NCBI GenBank assembly: GCA_013239625.1
Contig: MU057036.1
Location: 12,306,715 to 12,370,714, forward strand
Length of the DNA stretch: 64,000 nt
DNA from: Lama guanicoe
Lineage: Eukaryota
Reading direction: 5' to 3'
Part shown: piece by piece, positions 25,101 to 37,469 of the stretch
Layout: the number at the start of each line of letters is the position of its first letter
Numbering within the stretch: position 1 is the stretch's first letter
Program-made: the position numbers and the translations under genes
The notes under the pieces: model-generated
Told to the model about the DNA's origin: nothing
Database searches by the model: none
What the model saw: only the letters and a program-made list of their open reading frames with translations

Positions 25101-26309
25101 TTTAGAAATAGCTCTGTCTTTTCAGTTCATGTTGCTTAGGAAAACAGTTTTGATACAGCTTCTATATTATCAAAGTAATAATCATGAAAGATAAGCCTGA
25201 TGTTTGACAGAGTCAGACGTACGGACTTCTGGTTNNNNNNNNNNNNNNNNNNNNNNNNNNNNNNNNNNNNNNNNNNNNNNNNNNNNNNNNNNNNNNNNNN
25301 NNNNNNNNNNNNNNNNNNNNNNNNNNNNNNNNNNNNNNNNNNNNNNNNNNNNNNNNNNNNNNNNNNNNNNNNNNNNNNNNNNNNNNNNNNNNNNNNNNNN
25401 NNNNNNNNNNNNNNNNNNNNNNTTACTCAATGAGAGAGCAACAGTAAACAAATTTTGTCTAATTCTGGGAAACAACATTGCACCAGCTTCCTATGTAGCT
25501 CAGTGTAACTCATTAGTCTTTCATTTACTAGCTGCTGTTTTAAGCCGTGAAGAAGCGGAATTTAAGTCCTGTGCTGAGCCACAGGACAGAGAAGCAGGGC
25601 TGGAGTCTAAATATTTTCTGCCTGTCTCTACAACCCAGTGAGGAGACCAGGAGAATACCGTTGTCCCATAAAGAGCCCTTGACACCTTAACGCAGGGAAT
25701 CTACCAAGTTCATGCTTTCTTTCTCAACAGACCTACTTAATCTGCACAAAGATGAGTCATAATTCCTTTCAAAGAAAGGCATGGCCTGAGTATCAGAAAA
25801 TGAATACACTTCTTTTCAAGGTTTGTAACAAGTAGCCACGAAACAAACTGGGTAGAGTGTCTACTACACTGTCATTACTTAACCTGACAGCCTGGCTCTA
25901 GGGGGCACCCCGAACAGCTAAGCCCAGTGAGCTCAACCACATTTCAAGGAAAGGCGTTCCTGTGTCCTCAATCCCTGAAAGCACAAGACATAACAGCAAG
26001 GGGACAGTGTCAGTTTGGCCTGATTGGAGATTTCCTACTACCTGTAAAAGTTTTTACTCACAAATTCTTCCCACTTGGCTTTTTTGAGTGAGTAAGTAGG
26101 GACCAGTTTACACATACAAAAGGCAAAAGAGTTCTATTGATTTCTTTTGGGAGATTACTCTTTAAAGAGTTCTATAAAACTAGACATTGGAAATTTGAAA
26201 AATGAGAAGTATCTTTGACATTTCCTCTAGTCCAAAATGACTGCAAAACTGTTTCAAGATTTCCATCAAATCCTTATTACCTAAAGTTTCACTCAGCTAT
26301 TTACAAATA

Positions 26310-27040
26310 CAGGTAATACAGATATGAAAGCAAACCCTAAATTCACAGTGATTTAATCTAACAGAAGTTTATTTTCACTCATTTGAAATGCTGGTGTTCC
26401 ACCTTGGTGTAGTGGTGTCTTTCCTCCACACTGTGATTCAGAGACTCCAACTCCTTCCACCTTTTAGATCCACCACGCCCAGGACCTTATCATCATTACC
26501 CACACTGAGCTGAAGGAAAGGGGAGAAGGGTAGAAGGCATACCTGCTACTTAAAAAGCCAACTCTGTTTTGTTCCATTGTATATATATTACCACATCTTC
26601 TTTATCCAATCTGTCGACGGACATTTAGATTGTTTCCATATTTTCGCTGTTGTAAATAGTGCTTCTATGAACAGTGGGGTGCATGTATCTTTTCCAATTA
26701 GAGTTTTCTCCGGATATATGCAGAACTACATTCAGTATCTTGTAACAACCTATAATGGAAAAAAACTAAAAAGTATACACACACACAACTGAATCACTAT
26801 GTTGCACCAAAAACTAACACAAATTGTAAATCAACTAAACTTTAACAACAACAAAAAAAGCCAACTCTGAAATAACTTCTGTTCATATTCCATCATTGGA
26901 AACAAATTGCATGGCTGCCCCAAGAGGCAAGGAGAAAGTTTCAGGAACTAAAGTTCCTGACAGTTACCTCTGAGTGATCACGCCTCACTGTGGAAGAGGA
27001 AACGTGGGTTTTGGTGGCCACATGGCCACCTTCACCTCCA
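26310..27040 (-). mobile_element. MaLR LTR (MLT1J/K-like) interrupted by an L1
   Basis: acagtgatttaatctaacagaagtttattttcactca...gtgattcagagactccaactccttccacctt...acttctgttcatattccatcattgga. Confidence 0.65.
26567..26854 (+). mobile_element. 5'-inverted truncated L1
   Basis: Antisense ORF2-end segment 26567-~26721, sense 3'UTR tail to 26854; TSD aaaaagccaactctg at 26552-26566 and 26855-26869. Confidence 0.88.
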
Positions 27041-27204
27041 TTGGTAGTGAATTGTACCATCAGACAGATGAAGAGGAAACTGAGGCTTGATTTTTCAGTT
27101 AAACTTGGAAAAGAAAGTGGAGTAGGGAAGGGTAGAGGTTAGACTAAGAGATTTGAGGCTGATCATGATTTTTCTCCTCTGCTTAAGAAATATTCATAAC
27201 AATA

Positions 27205-27865
27205 CGCTTATTTATTCATTGACCAAACAGTATGTACAGAACATCTCTTAAATTACAGATCTAGGTTCTATGGATCCAGCAGTAAACAAAACAAAGTTTC
27301 TGCCTCCCTGAAGCATACCTTCTAATGTAAGAGTCAAAAAACAAGCAAATACTCAAATAGACACAGAATGTCTTGTTGGAATGAGTGCTGTGAAGGGAAG
27401 TTGGGGAGGTAAGGGGATTGAGGATGACAAAAGGGAAGATGTCTCTAGGGTGGTGACAGCTGAGCAGAGGACAGAATGATGGGAGGAGGTGGCTGTTTAG
27501 GACACCTGAGCATAAAAGCAAGCTTGACCTTTCCAAGGAACAGCAGAACAGCCACCTGCATCTCAGTGGTGCTGCATGGGTTAATTTATGCCATTCATGA
27601 TGGGCTGCTTAGGAAAGAAGTACTGAGGACTGGAAAGAAGATCGACCTTGGAGCAAAACAGCACGGTTCAGAAACGGAGTCTGCCACCTACAGCTGGTAT
27701 TATTTTTTTGCAAATCATTAATGTATTTGCTCCTCTGATTTTTTTCACTAGCAAAACAATGAGACCTATCTCACTGAATTATGACAAGATATATGTACAA
27801 AATAATGCACACAAATTATTCCTGCTGCACACCACACTGCAAACATGCAGTAAATATCCATTGCT
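27205..27865. mobile_element. L2 3' end (27205-27545, minus) followed by MIR (27640-27865, plus)
   Basis: tttattcattgaccaaacagtatg...cagcagtaaacaaaacaaagtttctgcctccctgaagcatacc; MIR-like gagtctgccacctacagctg...cctctgatttttttcactagcaaaac. Confidence 0.65.
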
Positions 27866-30311
27866 CCTCCTTTCGCACTGGACCTAGGGGTGTGAGTGGG
27901 AGATGATCTCTTTCCCTTCTTTCCATTCTTCCTCAAACTGGACACCTTTCACGCCTTGTCCATTTCCTAAGTCCTGGCATTCTTTTATCGTCTCAGACAG
28001 CTGACCTTGCTTCGCAAAGATGAGGATGAGGAGAAGGACAGAATGGCAGTCATTCTACAAGGAGATGGACTTTAGCATAGTCATCCCTCCATCTGTGAAC
28101 CCCTCTATAATTCACGTCATGTTTCTAGAGTTAAGGACTCGGTTGGGAGAAGCCAACCACAGTGTGAAAGCAGAACTTTTAAGCAGGCCTCCTCCCCATT
28201 TTCACTCTGTGTTCATTATTCATTCATTTCATTTAAGCTCTGGGACAGGCTCTTGTCCTTTGGAAAAGTGTTGGGGAAAGATAAGACCAGTGCGGGTTTT
28301 TTTCCTCAGACTCATCTTTGTGGATTCTCTATCAGCCTTGTGAATTGATCATGGCCAAGAAGCATTCACAGTCACACTGATTTGGTTTGGTTTGACACAG
28401 ATACGTATCTAGAAGTCCTACTGTGCTTCCATTGGAACAGGTGTGTATTAGACCACAAACTACAGTCTGAATTACTCTGTACGCATTGCTTTACATGCCA
28501 TTTTGAGAGTACAGTCCCCCTCTTCTTTCAGAATGTGTTTATCATCACAGTGTATACTTGGACCTCTAAATTTGTCTCTTTGACTTAGTCGTTTGACAGC
28601 AATATCCTCCAGGCATTTCTCCCCTTCCCTTCCCGCCAAACCAGTAAGTCTGCAGCTCCCTGGGGCAGATCTCAGGGCTCTCCATCTCCTAGGAAGCACC
28701 TCGTTACACTCAAGAGTACAATACACCACAGGTCGTTAAACATTTAACTATTTATTTGCAGTTGTGGCTACCGACACCCAAGAGTCCTGGTTGTGAAGCC
28801 CTTTTTCTCAGTTCTAGCTCAGTTCTCAAGCTTTACCACATGACTAGCACTTAAAGATATGTTTACAGAGCCCTTTTGACTAGATTTTGTAACCATTCAT
28901 TTCACTTGCTTGGAGTCAAATCAAGTCTTCCTTTTTCCTTGGACTGGCCTATCCTATCTCCAAGGCTCCTCTATCTCGGACACTGGGAAATACTTCAGTC
29001 ATTTCATTTTTTAAAACACTCACCAATTGAAACACACTGAATTGCAATCTCAGGACCTCAATGAGACCAACAGAACATCCAAAAGCATCATCAATAATGG
29101 GGCTATTTGAACTCTGAAAATGTGAAAGAGTACTAGAACATCTCTGGCCTCTGTAACAGCAAGAGCCCATTCTCATGAAACAAGAAGGGCAGTCATTCCC
29201 CGGAGAACAGCTTACGTTACCGTAGCCGGGAGAGCCCGGCCCAGTGCCGTCCTCTCTGGCCCCTCCACCTCCCTCAGAGCTTCACCTCTTCTCTCAACAT
29301 CTTGCTTCAAGTAAACCCATGCAAAGATGCTTTCAGAAACATCTGTACTCTCTCATGCGGGAAGACAAGCAGAGGGGATATCCTGCAGGAGGAAATACCA
29401 GTAAACAGTAACACACCAGGAAGGACGTTCGTGGGGGGTATCTGCAGACACTCCTCAGGACTAAACAAGTCCACAGATACGCCCCACTCCATGCAGCAAG
29501 CCACTGAGGCTTTGTAAATGCTGCAGAAAACATCTGTATTCCTTTACATCTCCAAATGCCAACTTCTGGTGTGTCGGGGTAAGGACGCGATTTCATGGTG
29601 CAAGTGAAAAATAAACATTTGCCTCAACTTTTCTTTCCAGAAAACACCTTCAAATCCTTCATGAATCTTGGACTGTGGTACAGTTGACTAGGAAAGCTCT
29701 GTGCCTTGTACTCATTAAGTTTTTTTAAATAAATAACTGCTAAAAATCAATGAATTGGAGGACGGGAAGTTCTCTTAGTGATTGTCTAGCCTAGGCACAT
29801 GGTACCTTTGATAAAGTGGGAAAACTGAAAAGCAAAAACATCTTCATGGTCGTCAACATAGGAGCCACTTATTGCATTTGAATTTCTACAAAATACTCTA
29901 GGAAATACAGAGAGCTGTTCAATAAGAAATCAAAGTATAATCTCTTGATCCTAAGCTTAACTAATTGTACTAAATTAGAGGAATGAGTCAATATTTTTTT
30001 CCTTTTAGTAACTAACTTGAGTTTTATTGGGACAACTTTGAGTCAATGTAAAAACATTAAAACTTCAATATATTTTCTGAGGTTCTTTGGCATTTATGAA
30101 GAACCTAATGAATAAAATACATGCTAACTATAAACATTTTGTGTGATAACAAAGATGATAAGGAAGACAATAAAACTGTTGTAGTCTTGCAACACACATA
30201 GGCAGTTAATATTCTGACATCTCCATATTGTTGACTATCATTATTTGAATAATTAAGTCTCTTTAATAGTCTTTACTTCACTCAGTTATTTTACCATCAG
30301 CATTGTCCTAC

Positions 30312-30410
30312 TGTGGTAGCCAGTGTCCAAGCCATCCCTCATTGATCCTTATCTCCTGCTACGCACACCTGGTGCAGTCCCTGCTCACTGCACCAAGACT
30401 GGACTGTGCC
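30312..30410 (+). mobile_element. 5' fragment of an MLT1F-like LTR, cut off at the L1 junction
   Basis: tgtggtagccagtgtccaag...tgatccttatctcctgctacgcacacctggtgcagtccc resembles the start of the LTR at 8956. Confidence 0.55.
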
Positions 30411-30414
30411 ATCA

Positions 30415-31330
30415 ACCTAAACAAGCAATTCTCCAGGGAATACATACAAATGATCAATAGGCACATGAAAAAAAATCAATATCACCAATTATCAGAGAAA
30501 TGCAAATCAAAACTACAACCTAACACCAGTCGGAATGGCCATCATTCAAAAATCCACAAATGACAAATGCTGGAGAGGCTGTGGAGAAAAGGGAACCCTC
30601 CTACACTGCTGGTGGGAATGCAGTTTGGTGCAGCCACTGTGGGAAACAGTATGGAGATTCCTGAAAAGACTAGGAATAGACTAATCATATGACCCAGGAA
30701 TCCTGCTCCTGGGCTTATATCCAGAAGGAACCCTACTTCACAATGACACCTGCACCCCAATGCTCATAGCAGCACTATTTACAAAAGCCAAGACGTGGAA
30801 ATAGCCTAAATGTCCAGCAACAGATGACTGGATAAAGAAGAGGTGGTATATTTATACAATGGAATACTACTCAGCCATAAAAACCGACAACATAATGCCA
30901 TTTGCAGCAACATGGATGCTCCTGAAGAATGTCATTCTAAGTGAAGTAAGCCAGAAAGAGAAAGAAAAATACCATATGAGATCACTTATATGTGGAATCT
31001 AAAGAAAACAAACAAACAAAACATAAATACAAAACAGAAATAGACTCATAGACATAGAATAAAACTTGTGGTTGCCAAGGGGGTAGAGGGTGGGAAGGGA
31101 TAGAAGGGATTTCAAAATTGTAGAATAGATAAACAAGATTATACTGTATAGCACAGGGAAATATACACAAGATCTTATGGTAGCTCACAGAGAAAAAAAT
31201 GTGACAATGAATATATATATATATATATGTTCACGTATAACTGAAAAATTGTGCTCTACACTGGAATTTGACACAACATTGTAAAATGATTATAAATCAA
31301 TAAAAAATGTTAAAAAAAAAAGAAAGAAAA
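30415..31330 (+). mobile_element. Young camelid-type L1: ORF2 3' end, 3'UTR and poly(A)
   Basis: aaatgctggagaggctgtggagaaaagggaaccctcctacactgctggtgggaatg; its 3' end is closely similar to the 4.1 and 7.3 kb elements. Confidence 0.92.
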
Positions 31331-32080
31331 CTATTTTTAATGGCTACCTAATATTCTGTCCTACAAAATGTACCATGATTTAATTGACTACATTATTCTT
31401 GGATTTTCAGGTTGGTCTTAATTTTCTGCTCCTTTATTTATCGCAGTATTCATTTTTTTGCAATTGTCTGTATCCATGATTAGTTTCTTAGAACAGACTC
31501 ATAGAAATAAAATAAATAAAACTATTAACATTTTCAACACTTTTGACATTTATGTGCTATTTTCCAAATTTATGGTACTGAGTAATCTCACCAATTTACA
31601 ATTTCGACTCACAAAAGGCAGATCTGCGATGTGACTGAATTGTATCTGTTTATAGCACCAAATATTTCTGATGTATACTTAGCTGTTTGCCGTTTATTTT
31701 AAATGCTAGTCTAGAAAAATTAAATCTTATTATACATTTGCATTTTGATTATATCTGATGCTGCATAATATTTGATTATATCCAATGCAAACACATCATC
31801 TTTCCCACCATACTTGTTCTGTTTTTTTTTTTTTTATCTCAAGGAATAGCTCCACCATCCTCATAGTCTACCAATCAGAAACCAGAGAGTCAGCTTAGTC
31901 TATTACCTGTATCTCATCCCTTACATACACTCTGTCCCTTATTTTTATACCTCCCTCTCCTTTCAGCCGCACTGCTGCTGCCTCAGGGCAAACCTTGTTC
32001 AGCTCTCTTCCAGACTGATCCTCCCCTTCGATTTTCAGTCTTCTCTTGCCCACGGCTCTACTTTGTGATAATGAATTTGT
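31331..32080. mobile_element. Old L1ME-type fragment (31331-31600, minus) and L2 fragment (31780-32080, plus)
   Basis: tttttaatggctacctaatattc...atgtaccatgatttaattgac; atctcaaggaatagctccaccatcc...agaaaccagagagtcagc. Confidence 0.55.
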
Positions 32081-32499
32081 TACTCTTGGAAGCACTAATG
32101 ATAACTTGATGTTATTCAGCTATAATCTCTTACAATTACCTTCTATTTTTAGGACTGTATTCCAGCACACCAGGATGCTAGTATTTCATGTATAAAAGAC
32201 TGTATCTGCTTTCATGAAAAGACACCTGAACAAATTATATCTGCTGACCATAGCAGGGCATGGCCTTCAATGACCATGTCAGTGAACCGTCCCTGAGGAT
32301 TTGAGGATTGCAGATGCAAGTCTCAGCAGCGTCAAGGCAAAATCTACCCTGAGTGAGCATCATTCCTTTTTCCACCTCTCTCAGAACTTTTACTCTAGTT
32401 GGGGTTTTGTTGCACAACTGATTTGGCACAGACTGCAGGCAGCACCAGACAAAGTGTAGACAATGAGGAAATATCACATGTTAAAGATGATGCATCATT

Positions 32500-32735
32500 T
32501 TCCCTGTGTCTTTCAACAGTTACCTACATTGGAGAATTTTCATGTTCAGAGGAAGAAAGATGGTAGTTCTTCCAAGTAATAAAGTTAATTTTTGTTAATT
32601 ATCATAAAACTTTTCTCACAGAAAAAAAAATGAATGCGGTAATAAATTTGGCTTTGGATTTTCTGGTAATATTCTCATGTCAATTCTGGGCCATCTATTT
32701 TGTTGGCTGAAGTGACCAAAGAGAACTAAACACAG
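32500..32735 (+). repeat. Copy A of a diverged local direct repeat (~240 bp)
   Basis: Aligns by eye to 34045-34285 with shared blocks ttacctac, tgttcaga, agatggtagtt, taaatttggctttggatt, ggccatctattt, agaactaa. Confidence 0.85.
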
Positions 32736-33184
32736 ATGGAGTACAAGTTTGGATGTACCTTACAGGTATTGACCAGAATGTGGGATTTTTCATGTAGTCC
32801 CTCTAGCTGACTAGTATATAATAGAGCATATTTTAAAATGACGCCTTAACCAGAGCTAAAAACAAGTGTGTGCTTTAATTTCTATGGGCACAGAGATGAT
32901 TTCCATGGTTCAAGAGATGCATCTTCTAAGTTGAGGCGGTTTCTACTGAGTCTAATGTAATTGCAATCTGAAGAGACGTTCAAAGAATATATTTGAACGA
33001 GTCCCATTTTGTTTGGTTCCTGTTATCTAAGCAGTCATTTTTCACTTTCAGTTAAAATTAGCCCAGAACATTCTTCAGGACAGCCCCCTGCATTCCTGAC
33101 ATATTTCCGCAAAGGGCCCTCGGTTGGAGGCCCCTATCCCCACAATAGATTATTTTTAGTAGGTTTTTTAATAATAATATTATT

Positions 33185-33400
33185 CATAGTTGTAGCTACT
33201 TTTTATTTGATGAACCCAGTGCCAAAACCCGTGCGCGCATTTCCTCATTTAATCCTCATACCAACACTGCAATGTACTTATTATTAATATTTCCATCTTC
33301 TAAATGAAAAACCTGAAGCTCAGAGCTGAGCGCGTTGACCACAGTCACAGAGTCAGAGGCAGTCACAAGCCGGCCTGGTGCCAAAGCAAGTTGTCTCAGT
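33185..33400 (-). mobile_element. MIR
   Basis: ctcatttaatcctcatacc...ccatcttctaaatgaaaaacctgaagctcagag. Confidence 0.7.
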
Positions 33401-34044
33401 CCTGTCGCTGGTTCTCCTGGTGTGACTCGTTGCACGGTAACTTCATACCAGACTGACTTATGACCTTGATTCTTCTAAGATAACTCCTAAGACTTTGAAC
33501 AAGTCACTGTACATTAGGGCCCTGATTTATGAAGAAACATCCCCGCAGGGTATTAACGTGGATTTAACAAATTCCAATTCCTTCCTGCTCACAGGAGAGG
33601 CCTGTATATATTCTGTGCTCTGCTGACTTACACACTTGAGTCCTATTTTTAGTGCCTCCTGGGGGGCACACAATGATATTTCTCCCAGGGCACTGCTTTC
33701 TCAGGGTCCAACTCTCAAGCGCGGTCAGCTTTTGCCGGGATGGACCTGTGACTCGGTCTGCACAACTTAAGCTTTTCCTACACACACGGGAACTTCCGGA
33801 AGGGTCCCCTGCTCCTAGAAAGTCTATCATGAGCCTAAAACAACTAGCCTTTCCCAGACCAGTTTAGTGATATCTAATTGTCAAATAAATGTGTCTTTCA
33901 AAATAAAATGACATTTTAAAATGGTTTTCCATTCGTTAGAGTAATTAGGATCACAGGCCGTATTCAATCAGCCCCATGGTGGAATGTCCCATGGCCCCAG
34001 TTTTCCATCTTGTCTTTCTCTTGTCCTTTTCACTTCCACCCTAT

Positions 34045-34285
34045 GTATTCTCTTACCTACCTTCGGAGTATTTTGGTGTTCAGAAGACGAGAGATGGTAG
34101 TTATTCCAAAAAAAAAAAAAATTAAATTAGCTCTTTGTGAAATCATTATATGATTTTTCTTGGGAGGAAATGAATATTCTCTTAAATTTGGCTTTGGATT
34201 CTCTGGTAGAATTCCTGTATCAGTTCTAGGCCATCTATTTGTTGCCTGAAGTTCCTCAAAAGAACTAACTGCACACTAAACACAG
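34045..34285 (+). repeat. Copy B of a diverged local direct repeat (~240 bp)
   Basis: Aligns to copy A at 32500-32735; homology stops at aaacacag, just before a MIR. Confidence 0.85.
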
Positions 34286-34294
34286 GTTAAAGGT

Positions 34295-34620
34295 AACATT
34301 AATAATGACTGATGTGTGATCAGCACTTTGTAGCTTACAAAAGTACTTTTACAAATATTAAGTCATTTAACCCTACAACTTTCAATGAAAGGAAACAAAC
34401 TTTCCTTAAATGTTTATTACAAGCTAGGCATGTTAGTGTTTTATATTTAGATGCTCCTTTAATCTTCACAAAAGTCCTTCAAGGCATGTATTATCTCTGT
34501 TTTACAGACAATGAAACTGAGGTTCAGAGAGGTTAACTAACTTACCTAGCACCAGACATTGAATCAGCTCTAGGATTCAAGCCAGGGTATTGAGGTGCAA
34601 AATCTGGTGCCTGCCCCTGT
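34295..34620 (-). mobile_element. Two MIR fragments
   Basis: ttttacagacaatgaaactgaggttcagagaggttaactaacttacc...ggattcaagccagg. Confidence 0.75.
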
Positions 34621-35344
34621 GCAGTTTCTGACATCCCAGCCTACTAAGGTGGTCCGCAGATTCATCCCAAAGGACACAGTCAAAGCCATGGGAGCCACAG
34701 CGTCTACCATATGCCTCATTCCATAGTAACAATTTTTATCTAGGAGATCAGGTAGAGAGGCTTACATGTCTTTATCCACATCCCCATTAGAGCTCTAAAT
34801 TCTCTTCTCTGATGTTTCTTCCGTAAACTTCTTAATTTCAGATAAGTAAATTAATTCCTTCCTGGCTTTCCTTCCTATGCCATGGGAAGGTAAAGGACTG
34901 GTACAGGACTGAGATATACGAGTTTTTATTCCACTTCTAAATGTTTCTCAAGTTCATGGGTAACTCAACTGTACCAAGTTCTCATGTGCATCACTGCCCA
35001 GATTATGTACGTCCACTAACCACCTCAGATGTGTACTCTGACTGGATCTGACTTACCCAAAGGAGGACTGAGCACTTCTGGGTGACCAAACTCATACTTT
35101 CTGCTACTTGCTGGAAGAGCACTGAAATAGTAACCTGAAATGGCCTCAGAACACACTCTGCTAATGAGCTGGTATAACATCAATTTTCTGTTTTCTTCAA
35201 TAGACAGAAGTCCTACTTTGAGACTTAGACAAAGGAGGGTGACTAGGTGAGTGAGGCACCCGGGTGGGATGAACTTTAAAATCGCCTGAATCCAGAAATC
35301 CCTGGAGTAAATCCCACCTGATAGTGGTGTATGATCCTTTTTTT

Positions 35345-35345
35345 A

Positions 35346-35391
<46 letters not shown>

Positions 35392-35404
35392 GTAATAATA
35401 GTAA
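35345..35404. repeat. (AAT)n microsatellite
   Basis: About 15 perfect aat units followed by agt variants. Confidence 0.97.
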
Positions 35405-36152
35405 AATATATCACTCGAAAAGAAATTTTCTCTCTTAATACCGTCTAAGACAAATTTTAGAAACAATACATAACTGATTTTGTCCCAGATGATAAGTTTA
35501 TACACACAAATGCATGTATATGTGTGTGATTGTGTATATATACTTCATTATCAAGTAAAATTGCCTTTATGATAATGAGGAAAATAGTCCCATAAGTCTG
35601 AAGTGTAATAAGAGTGAAATAAACTTGAGTGTTTTGAAGTACCTGAATCACTTTATAAATACAAATGCAAACCCAAGTTTCCAGTAGACTTCAGAATACA
35701 TGGCCTATGAAATTCCATAAAAGACCAGCTTTCAGATATGAGATCTTCAATATGAGACTTTCTATATAAATATTTCCTTTAAGTTAACAGCTATTTCATG
35801 GTAATAGTTTCTAGGACAGCATGACCTGCAGTCAGTAGTTTTGCATTTAACTAAACTTTTCACACGAATCATACAGCAGGTTCCCGACAACATGTTTCCA
35901 AATGTGTCTCCTAAGATACAGTGGAAAATGTGACTTTTATTTACAACTTAATAAATAACTCAATGATGTGAAGTGTTTTAAGTACAGCAATGTGCTACTT
36001 TAAACAAAGTACTGAAAATATATAACTGACTGTGTCTCGTTGTTTTCACTTCTTTTAAGGTTTAGATTTCCTTTGCCCGCCTGTCTGATTTAACTTGAAA
36101 AAAAAAAAAAACTTATGGAAAGTGGGAACCTTGGATACTTCAAAGTTAACCA

Positions 36153-36165
36153 AGATCAAAGTCCA
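36153..36165 (+). promoter_or_regulatory. HNF4-type DR1 motif (candidate)
   Basis: AGATCA-A-AGTCCA contains the HNF4-preferred CAAAGTCCA; motif match only. Confidence 0.3.
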
Positions 36166-37469
36166 ATGAGGTCCCCTGAAGAAGGAACAAACCAGCCTGC
36201 AAAATGTGTCGCGTTGATACTGGCTTGAAGTCTCTTAGTTTACAGTTTTGTACCAGAGTCTCGACCTTGGATTTATCAGTTATCTAAGCGCCGGGCTTTC
36301 TTATGGAAAAGAATGGTTGGCACAGTTTTCCCGGGAATTCAAGCACAGACTCATCCACATGAGCAGGTAACTAATTTCTCTCTTGGTAAGTGAAACACTG
36401 ACACGGTGAGAGGCTTCTTGCCTACTGCATCTTTGTCCACCATGGGTAACTCCCAACAAACGGGCACCTTCCACACACTGCACCTTACTTAACCATGGAA
36501 ACCCCATCTTTTACTATGAATTCTGCCTTCCTGAAATGGGCCCACGTAAGAACACTGAAATCAGTTACTCTACCTTACTCTCTCTGCTTGATGACCCTTA
36601 GGAGTGAGACAGTTTCCTTAAGGTTTTGCAGGATTCCAGAGTAGTTTCTCAATCTTCCCCGTCTCTCCATCATTTTAGGGTCTGGGGATTTGGGCTTTTG
36701 CTGAATTCAAAAAATGCAGAATCGTTAACATGCGAAAAGGTAGTGTGGTCTGTTATTCAGAAGATGCCATGGGTGTTCTTGAATGTTCTGCTTCATTGAA
36801 GCCCTCCTACACCACACATGTTACCAGTAAAGGCACAACGTTTTTTCCTTGAAATGGTCCATGCTGTTTCATTTGAAACGATGTGTGCTGCTGCTGGGTG
36901 TTCTGTGGTTCTGTCTCAACAGCAGCGCTCAGAACTCACATTCAGCAGGTATCAGCCAATAGGCCCTTTGGTATCAGAGGAGGAAATAAATCACATTCTC
37001 CAGAAACACCCATCTGTTTTGAATAGTCCCATAGATAGATGGCTGTCTGTTTCAAGGAATATTTAATGTTAAAAAAAAAAAAAACTAGTCCAAACAGTTT
37101 ACTCTCCTTAACTCTACGCAGCAAGAGGTCTTCCAGTAAATGCTTCAAAACTGCCTAACAGGAGAGGCCAGAAACATCCCTCTGTGATTCAAAATGAAAA
37201 GGGAAGGCGAAACAAATTACCAATAATCTTTATGACTTTGGTGACCTCTAGTGATCAAAACAGAGAACAAACGTACCGGCTTTGTTTTCCTTGTGGCGAA
37301 GAGGGGTCTTCCAAAGTCAGGAAGTGTAGATTCGTTTTCATTTTTCGACTCAGTCTTTAAATAATGGATTTTTTATTAGTAAACAGAAATGTATTCTCAT
37401 GATAGAACATTTAATAAGCAAAAGGAGAAAAAAATCTCAATATTTGAGAGTATTTTTTTCGGTCTTTTT

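Noticed and set aside
32628-32735. snoRNA reading of the repeat pair (conserved CTGA and terminal ACAnnn)
   Set aside because: No canonical C box (RTGATGA) and no H box (ANANNA) conserved at the right spacing in both copies
35197-35505. ORF with a poly-Tyr tract
   Set aside because: Translation of the (AAT)n microsatellite
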